Shown piece after piece: positions 1 through 12,560 of a stretch of DNA of 57,863 nt. The DNA comes from Tubiluchus corallicola. Lineage: Eukaryota; Animalia; Priapulida. Position numbers and translations under genes: made by a program. Under the pieces are notes generated by a model. It saw only the letters and a program-made list of their open reading frames with translations, had not been told where the DNA came from and did not search any database. Position 1 is the first letter of the stretch, and each line of letters starts with the position of its first letter. The stretch lies in the NCBI GenBank assembly GCA_030141605.1, contig JAQGDQ010001166.1, positions 1-57,863 of the forward strand, given 5' to 3'.

Positions 1-972
1 CATTAAACAGTTACATGGTTAATGATACGATAAGACAGGTTTCCTATATACATACTTGCACAATAGCACTACAGAAGTAATTATGCACTCTTTCTTTCAA
101 GTACTTCGTACAGTTATTTATACAGAGCAAATAGTTATTTTACGTACTTCGGAAATGCGCAATTTAAAACTGCATGTCAGCGCGGTCGGCTTTGGTACAC
201 CAGTAAAATTGCATGTGTGCCCGGAGCCTATGACTCTATTCACACCACACCCGGAGTACTTAGGAGGAACCGGACCATGATTCTGATTTCGACCGCTTCT
301 CTTCAGCTGTTTAACTGTCTGAAGTTTAAAGTTAACACAATTCTCAATTTAACTTTATCAATTCAGCTCAGTTCAAATCCGCTTAACTTGACTTTAAATG
401 TCAATTCTCAACTGAGCTCAGTTCATCTTTCCCCCAGGCTGAAGTTGCCAAACTCTCTGTGCAACACTTCATTTATTACTGAGCAAGTTTTGATTTGAGG
501 CAACGTAAGTGATGCCTACTTATACTGCTTCACATGCAATGGTTATTTTGCAGTTCTGAAAATTGGTTTTTAGCAAAGCTTCATCCACAAATATTTTTCT
601 GCTTTTCTGAACTAAACAGCTATGTGTGAAGACATCCTTGTAACGCTATGTTCAAATGCCCCTGTGTACAAAGCGGTTTTGGGGGTGGGGGCGGGGAGGG
701 GGTTAATTTGTGTGAACTTAAGCACGGATTACAGGCAGTAGGCAAAAAATTGACCGCACAGCGCAGCAAGCATTAGTAAGCAGACAGTCAGACGGTCGTG
801 CTGCCGGATACGTAATCACGCAGGCAAGTGATGAGGTACTGTGTAAGATGAATAAAGAAGCAAAGAAGGTACGCCAGTGTGGTTTGGTTAGATACAGATG
901 GACAGATGGACAATCACTGATGAATGTTAATCATCAAAGTCAATCACTTAAAAAAAGTTTTAAGTGACTTAA

Positions 973-1571
973 AGTAAAACCTGACCCAATCTTAAACTGT
1001 AGGTCTAAACAATCTACTCTTTAAAATATTGAAAGGAAACATACTATTTTTTTCAAAACTTACGTGAAAGAATTATAACCACACGAACACAATTTCACGT
1101 TCGCACCACTAGTTCTTCGCTGTTACATGCATTTTGCCATTCGCTAGTTACACGGACACTAGTGCCTGCATTTCGGAAAAAATCGGTGTTGTGCCTCTCA
1201 GTTCAGATGTGTTAGTTTGTGGCGAACTGCACACGTTCGGCAGCTCATGCATGAACGCAGCGGTAAATTTAAAATTTGAATTTTTATCTTTAAAACTTGC
1301 CTAGTTTTAGTACAACACACTAAATATCTTGCAGTAGCACTGTACTTCAGTTTTCGCTTTCGCAAACACATGCAACATGATTGTGCAATATCTTTGCTGT
1401 TAAAAATTATGTTAGTTTGTGATGTCATCAATAGGTGGGCTCGCCCGCCGTTAATTAGTATTTTAATCTATTATTTACGTATCAGAAACGCTTTTGCAGT
1501 GTTAATTGTGTTAAAATGTATATTTTATCGGACTTGAAAATGTGGCATATGAAAAATCATGCAGTTTTCCT
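973..1571 (+). mobile_element. Non-autonomous DNA transposon with TTAA TSD and AG...CT termini (Kolobok-like), copy 1
   Basis: TTAA at 969-972 and 1572-1575. Termini AGTAAAAC.../...GTTTTCCT. Homologous copies in reverse orientation at 38845-39388 and 43483-44080. The superfamily is inferred from the TSD and termini only. Confidence 0.75.
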
Positions 1572-1711
1572 TTAATTCGAAATTTTCATATAAGCATATT
1601 GTCTGTTCTCAAGAGGGTTGAATATTTCGGTCAGCAGCTGTACACTACTATTGTTGCGCTTGAATCAGCAGTAATCAGACTAATTGACAGGTCGATGTAA
1701 TTGATGCTTTG

Positions 1712-2236
1712 ATATATAAAATGATGCAATTTTTGGTCTTAAAATGCACATCGAGTTGCACACAGGTAATATATAAAATGATGCAATTTTTGGTCCTAAA
1801 ATGCACATCGACTTGTACACAGGTAATATATAAAATGATGCAATTTTTGGTCTTAAAATGCACATCGAGTTGCACACAGGTAATATATAAAATGATGCAA
1901 TTTTTGGTCCTAAAATGCACATCGACTTGTACACAGGTAATATATAAAATGATGCAATTTTTGGTCTTAAAATGCACATCGACTTGTACACAGGTAATAT
2001 ATAAAATGATGCAATTTTTGGTCTTAAAATGCACATCGACTTGTACACAGGTAATATATAAAATGATGCAATTTTTGGTCTTAAAATGCACATCGACTTG
2101 TACACAGGTAATATATAAAATGATGCAATTTTTGGTCTTAAAATGCACATCGACTTGTACACAGGTAATATATAAAATGATGCAATTTTTGGTCTTAAAA
2201 TGCACATCGACTTGTACATAAGATCGACTTGTACAC
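1712..2236. repeat. 57-bp minisatellite, about 9 copies
   Basis: Unit ATATAAAATGATGCAATTTTTGGTCTTAAAATGCACATCGACTTGTACACAGGTAAT. It explains the 19-aa periodic ORFs in three frames. Confidence 0.95.
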
Positions 2237-2471
2237 ACGTATATACGGCAAGCAAAAAAATCTCAGAGGATATCAACAACGCAGTCTCTCCACTCAAATA
2301 CAGATTCAGCTTGATCGATAATAATGTTTCACTTTGAAAACAGCAAATTTGCCAATTATGGTTAATATAACATCATTGCGACACTGACTTGACTCGTTAA
2401 CGAACGCACTGACACCATTAACTATAATTTTCCCTTGATGTTGGGGATGCATTTGCCAATTAATGAAAACA

Positions 2472-3210
2472 TATAAAGATCCCTAATTATATTAGCAACC
2501 GCGGTGTACGTGCCGCATTCACACATGAACATAATGAAGCCAAATGCATTAATTTACCTGGATACTCTAACAAGAATATACCTGTAAGGTCGTATACGAT
2601 GAGTAATCAGTATTTCTTGATATTATAAAACAAATTTCTGTCAAATTTCGATTCATCGTTTTGTTGGATAGATTTCTGCTGATATAACTATGACATAATA
2701 TTGTTGCGGGCACGCTTAGTCAGGGTTGGCTTTGCGCATGCGCGTCATTTGCTATAAAAATCAGTGAGCACGTAGTTTTCTACGTCTCTGTCGTGGTTGT
2801 CACGTCCACCATATGTGCTGCTCTTTCCAGTGCCTAGCAGTGATTGTCATTTTGGTAGGTACGGCATAGTTTGAACGTAATTAATTATCTTTTGTCTTTC
2901 TCTCTTGTGCACTCCTTCCTGGTAGGATGCAAAGCGGTCACGCGAAGTCTGACTGCTCAGCTGTCTTCGCGTCCCTCGACCCCCTGGTGGCTCCCAGGAG
3001 AGGGCTCCGCAACAATATATAGGTCCCTAATTATATTAGCAACCGCTGTTTACGTGCCGCGCTCGTACATTAACATAATGAAGCCAAATGCATTAATTAA
3101 CCTGGATAATTTAAAAAGAATATACCTGTAAGCTCATATACGATGAGTAGTCATTATTTCTCGCATATTGTTAAAGAAATTTCGTTTTATCTTTTTGTTT
3201 GATAGATTCT
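2472..3210. repeat. Diverged ~190-bp direct repeat pair (about 2472-2675 and 3018-3210) around a more GC-rich spacer
   Basis: TCCCTAATTATATTAGCAACCGC...GAAGCCAAATGCATTAAT...AGAATATACCTGTAAG occurs twice. Confidence 0.75.
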
Positions 3211-3254
3211 TCGCGCGGTAAAGGTAGCAGCGATGTACAAATTTTATTTTTTTA

Positions 3255-4290
3255 TGTGGATTAACTAAATAGTAACATAACTGATTAGTCACTCCACTGT
3301 GGATTAACTAAATAGTAACATAACTGATTAGTCATTCCACTGTGGTTTAACTAAATAGTAACATAACTGATTAGTCACTCCACTGTGAATTAACTAAATA
3401 GTAACATAACTGATTAGTCATTCCACTGTGGTTTAACTAAATAGTAACATAACTGATTAGTCACTCCACTGTGGATTAACTAAATAGTAACATAACTGAT
3501 TAGTCACTCCACTGTGGATTAACTAAATAGTAACATAACTGATTAGTCATTCCACTGTGGTTTAACTAAATAGTAACATAACTGATTAGTCACTCCACTG
3601 TGAATTAGCTAAATAGTAACATAACTGATTAGTCATTCCACTGTGGATTAACTACATAGTAACATAACTGATTAGTCACTCCACTGTGGATTAACTAAAT
3701 AGTAACATAACTGATTAGTCACTCCACTGTGAATTAGCTAAATAGTAACATAACTGATTAGTCACTCCATTGTGGATTAACTAAATAGTAACATAACTGA
3801 TTAGTCACCCCACTGTGGATTAACTAAATAGTAACATAACTGATTAGTCACTCCACTGTGGATTAACTAAATAGTAACATAACTGATTAGTCATTCCACT
3901 GTGGTTTAACTAAATAGTAACATAACTGATTAGTCACTCCACTGTGAATTAGCTAAATAGTAACATAACTGATTAGTCATTCCACTGTGGATTAACTAAA
4001 TAGTAACATAACTGATTAGTCATTCCACTGTGGATTAACTAAATAGTGACATAACTGATTAGTCACTCCACTATGGATTAACTAAATAGTAACATAACTG
4101 ATTAGTCACTCCACTGTGGATTAACTAAATAGTAACATAACTGATTAGTCACTCCACTGTGGATTAACTAAATAGTAACATAACTGATTAGTCACTCCAC
4201 TGTGGATTAACTAAATAGTAACATAACTGATTAGTCACTCCACTGTGGATTAACTAAATAGTAACATAACTGATTAGTCACTCCACTGTG
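3255..4290. repeat. 43-bp minisatellite, about 24 copies, quasi-palindromic monomer
   Basis: Unit TGTGGATTAACTAAATAGTAACATAACTGATTAGTCACTCCAC. Period 43 (3255 to 3298). Confidence 0.95.
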
Positions 4291-4675
4291 TAAGTGCATT
4301 ATGTAAAACTGTGTTTACGATACCGAAATCTTTATGAACAAACTGTACACGTGGTATCTCCAATTCCGTAATAATTACTAGGTAATTTCACACCTTATTG
4401 TCCAATAGATTTATCTGATTAAGAAATTCAACTGAGTAAAATGTAACAAAAGACGTGATTTCAATAATTTCCATACAAAAACTTTCGATCCTGTATCACA
4501 GGTCATTATCAGCTGTCTTTAAACCAGATTACAAAATGCAAAATACGACATTAAAACAATTTTTGTAAATTCATATTTGCTTAGAAACTATCATAGTACC
4601 TCATCACATATTTTTCCAACAAATGCTTATGGGAAATAATATAAGTTAAAATAACTCACTACCTTTTCGACTAAT

Positions 4676-4736
<61 letters not shown>
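4676..4736. repeat. (TA)n microsatellite
   Basis: Seen directly in the sequence. Confidence 0.95.
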
Positions 4737-4737
<1 letters not shown>

Positions 4738-5139
4738 TAATTCCTTATTTGTCATTAAAATGGTTCACTCATTATAATGAAATTGAGTAAGCCTCAGCGT
4801 AATGTTAAAATAACAACACTGTTCAAGACAAATCCGTCCAGTGCTGACTAAAAAAAACTAAAGTGCAAAACTAAGGCCTAATTATATACAATAAATGAAC
4901 ATATTTACAAACACCATATTAAAATATTTTTACAAAACAATATTACAAAAGTACATTAAATTTTACATGACATATTTTACACAATATACATTTGACATGA
5001 CACAATCAACATAACACGTATTACATTACATAATTTTTTTAAAAAAATTCATCTTTAATCGTTTTATGGAGTCAGGGGCGGGGGTAGATGGAAGCTGAGT
5101 CTGTGTTATTAGTATCAGATGCACAATGTGGAAGTTGAA

Positions 5140-5460
5140 ACCTGTTATATTGATATTCTTATAATTTCTTTTTAAAGTGGTGGAGAGATTCTATTTGTTT
5201 TATTTCACTGGGTAGTAAGTTCCATAAATGTATGGGCTGCATTGATATATAGTTATTTCCAAATTTATTATTTACTGTAATTTGCTTTAAATTGTATGTT
5301 CTAGTGTTCATTGTGGTATCAGGAATAAATGCTAAGGGATTGTTTATAAATGGAATGCTCAGTTTATTGATATATTTATAAAGAAATATCAGTGTTTTGT
5401 AATCTCGATAGGCTTTGTAAGTTCAAAAATTACTTTTAACTAGTTAAGATCATCTTTAAG
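5140..5460 (-). mobile_element. Degenerate LINE (L2/Crack-type) ORF2 3' fragment, host of a nested insertion
   Basis: The minus strand reads ...LIFLYKYINKL...NTRTYNLKQ...NKFGNN...HLWNLLPSEIKQIESLHHFKKKL, typical of post-RT C-termini of CR1/L2-group LINEs. Confidence 0.65.
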
Positions 5461-5474
5461 TAAATTCTAATTTA

Positions 5475-5926
5475 GTTAGTTTAGTTTAAACATAATTTAG
5501 GATCCTCACCACAACAGACTTTATACACTATTTACAAGAACATTTACAGTAAGAATTGACTATAACTACACAAGCTGAGAAGTTTTACTACAAGAATACA
5601 TTAGACATTAGTAGAAAATGACGGTTAGAAAATATTAATGTACGATTATTTAAGACTGATGCATTTCATATCAGATAGAAACTACTGAAAGCGTTTAGTA
5701 CGTAATATAAAGTCATGTATGCATTGGAATATTTTACAGTTAGCAACATAGTTAAATTCATCTTTTCCGAATAATAACAACTTCAACAGATCATTATTTC
5801 CTAAGGCAGCTATATTAAGGTTTTCGGGCAGAAGTATTTCATTTAATTTATCAAACATAACAACCCTAGTTTGTTGATACAATGGGCAGTGCAACAAAAA
5901 GTGTTCAACAGACTCAATTCTAGTTT
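5475..5926 (-). mobile_element. 5'-truncated LINE (CR1/L2 group) with 14-bp TSD
   Basis: Encodes ESVEHFLLHCPLY...LLLFG...IHDFILRTKRF (ORF2 C-terminus). Has an (AAACT)n-like tail near 5475-5490. TAAATTCTAATTTA is duplicated at 5461-5474 and 5927-5940. Confidence 0.8.
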
Positions 5927-6045
5927 TAAATTCTAATTTAAAACTTCTCCGTTTTAAAATGTGTTAAACCACACACTAAAATGAAAGGCATTAATATAAT
6001 AGTCTGCGGTTTTGTATCCAAAGTTTTACAGTCAAGTTTATTTAA

Positions 6046-6749
6046 AGGAAGACAGGATGATTTTTCATATGCTACCCCATTTGCAAGTCCGATTATTTTA
6101 ATACAACTACTACTACAAAAGCGCTTTTGATAATTAAATAATAGATTAAAATCTTAATTAACGACGGGCGAGCACAACTATTGACGACATCACAAACTAG
6201 CATAATTTTCAAGAGCAAAAATATTCTATGAGCGTGTTGCACGTGTTTACGGAAGGGAAAATTGAAATACAGTGCTACCGTAAGATATTTAGTGCGCTGT
6301 GCTAAAATTAAGCAAGCTTTAAAAAATCATATTTCAAATTTACCGTTGTGCTCACGCATGAGTAGAACGTGTGCAGATAAACGTGTGATAAACCGTAACG
6401 TCGGTAGAAAAGAATAAATCGGTTCCCACTTCCCAATGAACAGTGAATCACTAATTAGTTTTTAAAGTAATGCATTAGCACTGCATTAATGAATTAGTTT
6501 CTCTCAAGAAACATTGTTTATTTTAAGAATGTATTGTTTTCTTTAACAGTTCCAATGGTATGTATTTGCCATGTAAAACCTATACATTAGTTTGTGATGT
6601 CATCACTAGTTGGGTTAGCCCACCGTTAATTAAGTTTTTAATCTATTATTTAATTATCAGGAACGTTTTTGCAGTATTAATTGTGTTAAAATGTATCCTT
6701 TTATCGGACTTGAAAATGGGATAGTATATGAAAAATCATCCTGTCTCCT
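6046..6749. mobile_element. Kolobok-like MITE carrying the same end in inverted orientation at both termini
   Basis: TTAA at 6042-6045 and 6750-6753. AGGAAGACAGGATGATTTTTCATAT... versus ...ATATGAAAAATCATCCTGTCTCCT. The ~160-bp inverted arms are homologous to 1410-1571. Confidence 0.75.
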
Positions 6750-6782
6750 TTAAGTGCTTAAATAATACCCTCTGAACGTTAA

Positions 6783-7237
6783 CCCTTTCATACCCGTTGT
6801 ATCCTATGGGATACGAGAATATTTTCTGCCTTTAAAATTAATAAAATTTTAAAACTGACAGTTATTTGATCTGTTAATAGTTATTTTGATTTAAGCCAAT
6901 AACAATAGTCTAAAAATAGCGATAAAATGGCGAACCAGAAAATCTACATAGCATAAAAAACTGTGCAAGGTACAGTACTTTAGAGACGACTTTGTACAGA
7001 TCAGCATTGCATGCATACTAAATGTCTTAAATACTTTAAAAAATTATCAGCAGTTGCAAAATGAAGCATATTTTATGCTTCCATTGAATCCCAATGTATC
7101 CCGTGGGATACAGGCTATATTTAGCACGCGGGCACAGGTAGAAAAAATAATTATGTGTAAACAAGATGGACATACTGAACAAAAGTACCAAGCCAAACAT
7201 TTTTTTCTTATTAAAAAATAATTTGGGGCTGAAAGGG
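6783..7237. mobile_element. piggyBac-like MITE
   Basis: TTAA|CCCTTTCA...TGAAAGGG|TTAA (TSDs at 6779-6782 and 7238-7241). The internal palindrome GTATCCNNTGGGATAC occurs twice (~6799, ~7096). Confidence 0.8.
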
Positions 7238-7282
7238 TTAATGTGCACAAATCCTTCATATTGTTTTTTATATTGTTTACAG

Positions 7283-7971
7283 GTATTTCAGTCTGCGCTA
7301 GTATCTTTACCTTGACGATGATGGCGTTTGATCGCTATCTAGCCATCCGGCACCCGCTTACCGTCCGGAAGATATTGGGGAAACGTACCATTCTTCGTAT
7401 CATCATCATCATCTGGATCATCGCCCTGGTGTTTACGTCACCCATTCTCGTCGTCCAGGAAGTTACCGTACATGAAATACATCCAAACTTCAAGATGCAG
7501 TTTTGCTACGAAATGTGGGACGTTAAATACAGGCGAGCATACAGTCTGTTCTTGACGATATGCGTTTATTTGATACCAGGGAGCGCTGTAGTTGCCGCTT
7601 ACGTGCTCATGAGCTGCACGCTTTACCGCATGGAGGTGATACATCGGGAGAGTGTGGACCCCTTTGTGGACAGACTGGTGTTGCAGAGACGGAAGCTGGC
7701 GCGTGTGCTCATAGTACTTTCTGTGATGTTTGCTGTTTGTTGGCTGCCTTATCACATCATCCAATTGTCATTAGAATTTGGGTGTGACGTATACAATGAA
7801 CAACTCCAAAAGTACAGTGCAGCATTGCCGTTTGCATTGTTCATTGCTCATGCCAATAGTGCCATCAACCCGGTGCTGTACTGCACGCTAAATGCAACAT
7901 TCCGACAGTCAGTGGCAAAACAGTTCCATTGTGCCAGAACAGAGGCTCCAAACTCAGATGTAACGCAAAAG
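7283..7971 (+). CDS. Class A (rhodopsin-like) neuropeptide GPCR, internal exon encoding TM3-TM7 and helix 8 (orexin/allatotropin-SIFamide/QRFP-like group)
   Basis: Has DRY (FDRYLAIRHPL), the TM4 Trp, ECL2 Cys (FCYEMW), CWLPY and NSAINPVLY. Acceptor tgtttacag|G (phase 1) at 7282/7283 and donor AAG|gttagt (phase 0) at 7971/7972. The TM1-2 exon(s) were not found in the window. Confidence 0.92.
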
Positions 7972-9062
7972 GTTAGTTATATTCTGCACAACTACTAAAC
8001 ATTTACATAGATACACAAAGAATAACAGTGTCTACATTGCATAACTATAATATAGACACGTAAATAGGATACACGGATACACGTAAGGATACACGGAGTA
8101 TACAGAGCTATTTAGATGCACAGAGGATGCATTGAGGATAACAGTGTACACAACTATTTAAACACGCATGTGTTAACAGTGCACACACTTGTGATACAAA
8201 GGACCTATTAAACATGAACCTACCATGTTCTTTTTTAAACCTTTTCCTACGTAAATTTTGTAACCTTTTCTTTTGTAACACCCTGTACATTTCAGGAAAA
8301 CTGTGCTGAGGCACTTTCGGGGTTTATCTATACGTTTAGTGTAGCTAGGCTTGTATAATAGCTAAGGTCTACGTAAAATGCGTAAACAGACTTTAACAAA
8401 GTGTAAAATGAACATAGCTCGTGTTGAAAATAACGTTTCCTTGACATTTTATAAACTACCTAGACATTGTGTGGAATGCACAAAATGACTTATCAATTAC
8501 TAAATTAATCAAGAAGTTTAACTAAGCTGGTAAGTTCATTGTTTTATTGACAACGGATGCAACAAGAGCATTTCTGAACCACTTTCCATGCCTTCAGAAA
8601 AGGGTGGAACAACGAATGGGAGTCTTTAACAGCAAAGATTTGAACCCAAGAGTGAATCTCATGGTTTATGAAGTTGTCGTCATCATAGCCTTGCTCTGAA
8701 CCGCGAAACGTGGATTTTCCGTTATCCTGGTATCAAAAAGCTTGAACAATTTCGTCGCAAAATCTTCCCTTCATCATGAACATCAAATACAACTAATCTT
8801 TTTTGGTCACAAAATGTCGTAATAATGCAGGAGACGTCCTCATCAAATTCTCTTCACGTAAATCGCAACAGACAAAAGACCGTCATGGCGCCATCTTTGT
8901 TGTTACAAGATATCTCTAGCATGTTACAAAGACCAACTGAAACCCACTCTCAACATATTTCACCAATAATTCTTACTTGAGTAATAATGCTACGAATAAT
9001 TATTACGTTTATACTTCTAGCCGTCATGAAGACTGTGTGTATCACCCAGGTGAAGGGAACAC

Positions 9063-12000
9063 AGCCTGTCAGGGTCAGGTAGAAACAAGAGACTAGCCTG
9101 TCAGTGTCAGGTAGAGACAAGAGACTAGCCTGTCAGTGTCTGGTAGAGACAAGAGACTAGCCTGTCAGTGTCAGGTAGAGACAAGTCTCTAGCCTGTCAG
9201 TGTCAGGTAGAGACAAGAGACTAGCCTGTCAGTGTCTGGTAGAGACAAGAGACTAGCCTGTCAGTGTCAGGTAGAGACAAGGAACTAGCCTGTCAGTGTC
9301 AGGTAGAGACAAGAGACTAGCCTGTCAGTATCAGGTAGAGACAAGAGACTAGCCTGTCAGTGTCAGGTAGAGACAAGGAACTAGCCTGTCAGTGTCAGGT
9401 AGAGACAAGGAACTAGCCTGTCAGTGTCAGGTAGAGACAAGAGACTAGCCTGTCAGGGTCAGGTAGAGACAAGAGACTAGCCTGGCAGTGTCAGGTAGAG
9501 ACAAGAGACTAGCCTGTCAGTGTCAGGTAGAGACAAGAGACTAGCCTGTCAGTGTCTGGTAGAGACAAGAGACTAGCCTGTCAGTGTCAGGTAGAGACAA
9601 GGAACTAGCCTGTCAGTGTCAGGTAGAGACAAGAGACTAGCCTGTCAGTGTCAGGTAGAGACAAGAGACTAGCCTGTCAGGGTCAGGTAGAGACAAGAGA
9701 CTAGCCTGGCAGTGTCAGGTAGAGACAAGAGACTAGCCTGTCAGTGTCAGGTAGAGACAAGAGACTAGCCTGTCAGGGTCAGGTAGAAACAAGGAACTAG
9801 CCTGTCAGTGTCGGGTAGAGACAAGAGACTAGCCTGTCAGTGTCAGGTAGAGACAAGGAACTAGCCTGTCAGTATCAGGTAGAGACAAGGAACTAGCCTG
9901 TCAGTGTCAGGTAGAGACAAGGAACTAGCCTGTCAGTGTCAGGTAGAGACAAGGAACTAGCCTGTCAGTGTCAGGTAGAGACAAGGAACTAGCCTGTCAG
10001 TGTCAGGTAGAGACAAGAGATTAGCCTGGCAGTGTCGGGTAGAGACAAGGAACTAGCCTGTCAGTGTCAGGTAGAGACAAGAGACTAGCCTGTCAGTGTC
10101 AGATAGAGACAAGAGACTAGCCTGGCAGTGTCGGGTAGAGACAAGAGATTAGCCTGTCAGTGTCAGGTAGAGACAAGAGACTAGCCTGTCAGTGTCAGGT
10201 AGAGACAAGAGACTAGCCTGTCAGTGTCAGGTAGAGACAAGAGACTAGCTTGTCAGTGTCAGGTAGAGACAAGAGACTAGCCTGTCAGTGTCAGGTAGAG
10301 ACAAGAGACTAGCCTGGCAGTGTCGGGTAGAGACAAGGAACTTGCCTGTCAGTGTCAGGTAGAGACAAGAGACTAGCCTGGCAGTGTCAGGTAGAGACAA
10401 GAGACTAGCCTGTCAGTGTCAGGTAGAGACAAGGAACTAGCCTGTCAGTGTCAGGTAGAGACAAGGAACTAGCCTGTCAGTGTCAGATAGAGACAAGAGA
10501 CTAGCCTGGCAGTGTCGGGTAGAGACAAGAGATTAGCCTGTCAGTGTCAGGTAGAGACAAGAGATTAGCCTGTCAGTGTCAGGTAGAGACAAGAGATTAT
10601 CCTGGCAGTGTCAGGTAGAGACAAGAGACTAGCCTGTCAGTGTCAGGTAGAGACAAGGAACTAGCCTGTCAGTGTCAGGTAGAGACAAGGAACTAGCCTG
10701 TCAGTGTCAGATAGAGACAAGAGACTAGCCTGGCAGTGTCGGGTAGAGACAAGAGATTAGCCTGTCAGTGTCAGGTAGAGACAAGAGATTAGCCTGTCAG
10801 TGTCAGGTAGAGACAAGAGATTATCCTGTCAGTGTCAGGTAGAGACAAGAGACAAGCCTGTCAGTGTCAGGTAGAGACAAGAGACAAGCCTGTCAGTGTC
10901 AGGTAGAGACAAGAGACTAGCCTGTCAGTGTCAGGTAGAGACAAGAGACTAGCCTGTCAGTGTCAGGTAGAGACAAGGAACTAGCTTGTCAGTGTCAGGT
11001 AGAGACAAGGAACTAGCTTGTCAGTGTCAGGTAGAGACAAGGAACTAGCCTGTCAGTGTCAGGTAGAGACAAGAGACTAACCTGTCAGTGTCAGGTAGAG
11101 ACAAGAGATTAGCCTGTCAGTGTCAGGTAGAGACAAGAGACTAGCCTGTCAGTGTCAGGTAGAGACAAGGAACTAGCCTGTCAGTGTCGGGTAGAGACAA
11201 GAGACTAGCCTGTCAGTGTCAGGTAGAGACAAGAGATTAGCCTGTCAGTGTCAGGTAGAGACAAGAGACTAGCCTGTCAGTGTCAGGTAGAGACAAGAGA
11301 CTAGCCTGTCAGTGTCTGGTAGAGACAAGAGACTAGCCTGTCAGTGTCAGGTAGAGACAAGAGACTAGCCTGTCAGTGTCTGGTAGAGACAAGAGACTAG
11401 CCTGTCAGTGTCAGGTAGAGACAAGAGACTAGCCTGTCAGTGTCAGGTAGAGACAAGAGACTAGCCTGTCAGTGTCAGGTAGAGACAAGGAACTAGCCTG
11501 TCAGTGTCAGGTAGAGACAAGGAACTAGCCTGTCAGTGTCAGGTAGAGACAAGAGACTAGCCTGTCAGTGTCAGGTAGAGACAAGGAACTAGCCTGTCAG
11601 TGTCAGGTAGAGACAAGGAACTAGCCTGTCAGTGTCAGGTAGAGACAAGGAACTAGCCTGTCAGTATCAGGTAGAGACAAGAGACTAGCCTGTCAGTGTC
11701 TGGTAGAGACAAGAGACTAGCCTGTCAGTATCAGGTAGAGACAAGGAACTAGCCTGGCAGTGTCAGGTAGAGACAAGAGACTAGCCTGTCAGTGTCAGGT
11801 AGAGACAAGGAACTAGCCTGTCAGTGTCAGGTAGAGACAAGGAACTAGCCTGTCAGTGTCAGGTAGAGACAAGAGACTAGCCTGTCAGTGTCAGGTAGAG
11901 ACAAGAGACTAGCCTGTCAGTGTCAGGTAGAGACAAGAGACTAGCCTGTCAGTGTCAGGTAGAGACAAGAGACTAGCCTGTCAGTGTCTGGTAGAGACAA

Positions 12001-12560
12001 GAGACTAGCCTGTCAGTATCAGGTAGAGACAAGGAACTAGCCTGTCAGTGTCAGGTAGAGACAAGGAACTAGCCTGGCAGTGTCAGGTAGAGACAAGAGA
12101 CAAGCCTGTCAGTGTCTGGTAGAGACAAGGAACTAGCTTGTCAGTGTCAGGTAGAGACAAGGAACTAGCCTGTCAGTATCGGGTAGAGACAAGGAACTAG
12201 CCTGTCAGTGTCAGGTAGAGACAAGGAACTAGCCTGGCAGTGTCAGGTAGAGACAAGAGACTAGCCTGTCAGTGTCAGGTAGAGACAAGAGACAAGCCTG
12301 TCAGTGTCTGGTAGAGACAAGGAACTAGCTTGTCAGTGTCAGGTAGAGACAAGGAACTAGCCTGTCAGTGTCAGGTAGAGACAAGGAACTAGCCTGTCAG
12401 TATCAGGTAGAGACAAGAGACTAGCCTGTCAGTGTCAGGTAGAGACAAGGAACTAGCCTGGCAGTGTCTGGTAGAGACAAGAGACTAGCCTGTCAGTATC
12501 AGATAGAGACAAGGAACTAGCCTGTCAGTGTCAGGTAGAGACAAGGAACTAGCCTGTCAG
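9063..12560. repeat. 32-bp satellite, about 109 copies, inside the GPCR intron
   Basis: Unit AGCCTGTCAGTGTCAGGTAGAGACAAGAGACT with a ...CAAGGAACT variant. Period 32 (9063 to 9095). Confidence 0.97.

Noticed and set aside
1675-2297. Three long periodic ORFs
   Set aside because: They are a by-product of a 57-bp repeat (a multiple of 3) that is open in several frames on both strands, with no domain resemblance.
9063-12560. CRISPR array (32-bp repeats); also considered for the 43-, 41- and 31-bp arrays
   Set aside because: The units are head-to-tail with no unique spacers, there are no cas genes, and the context is eukaryotic with introns.
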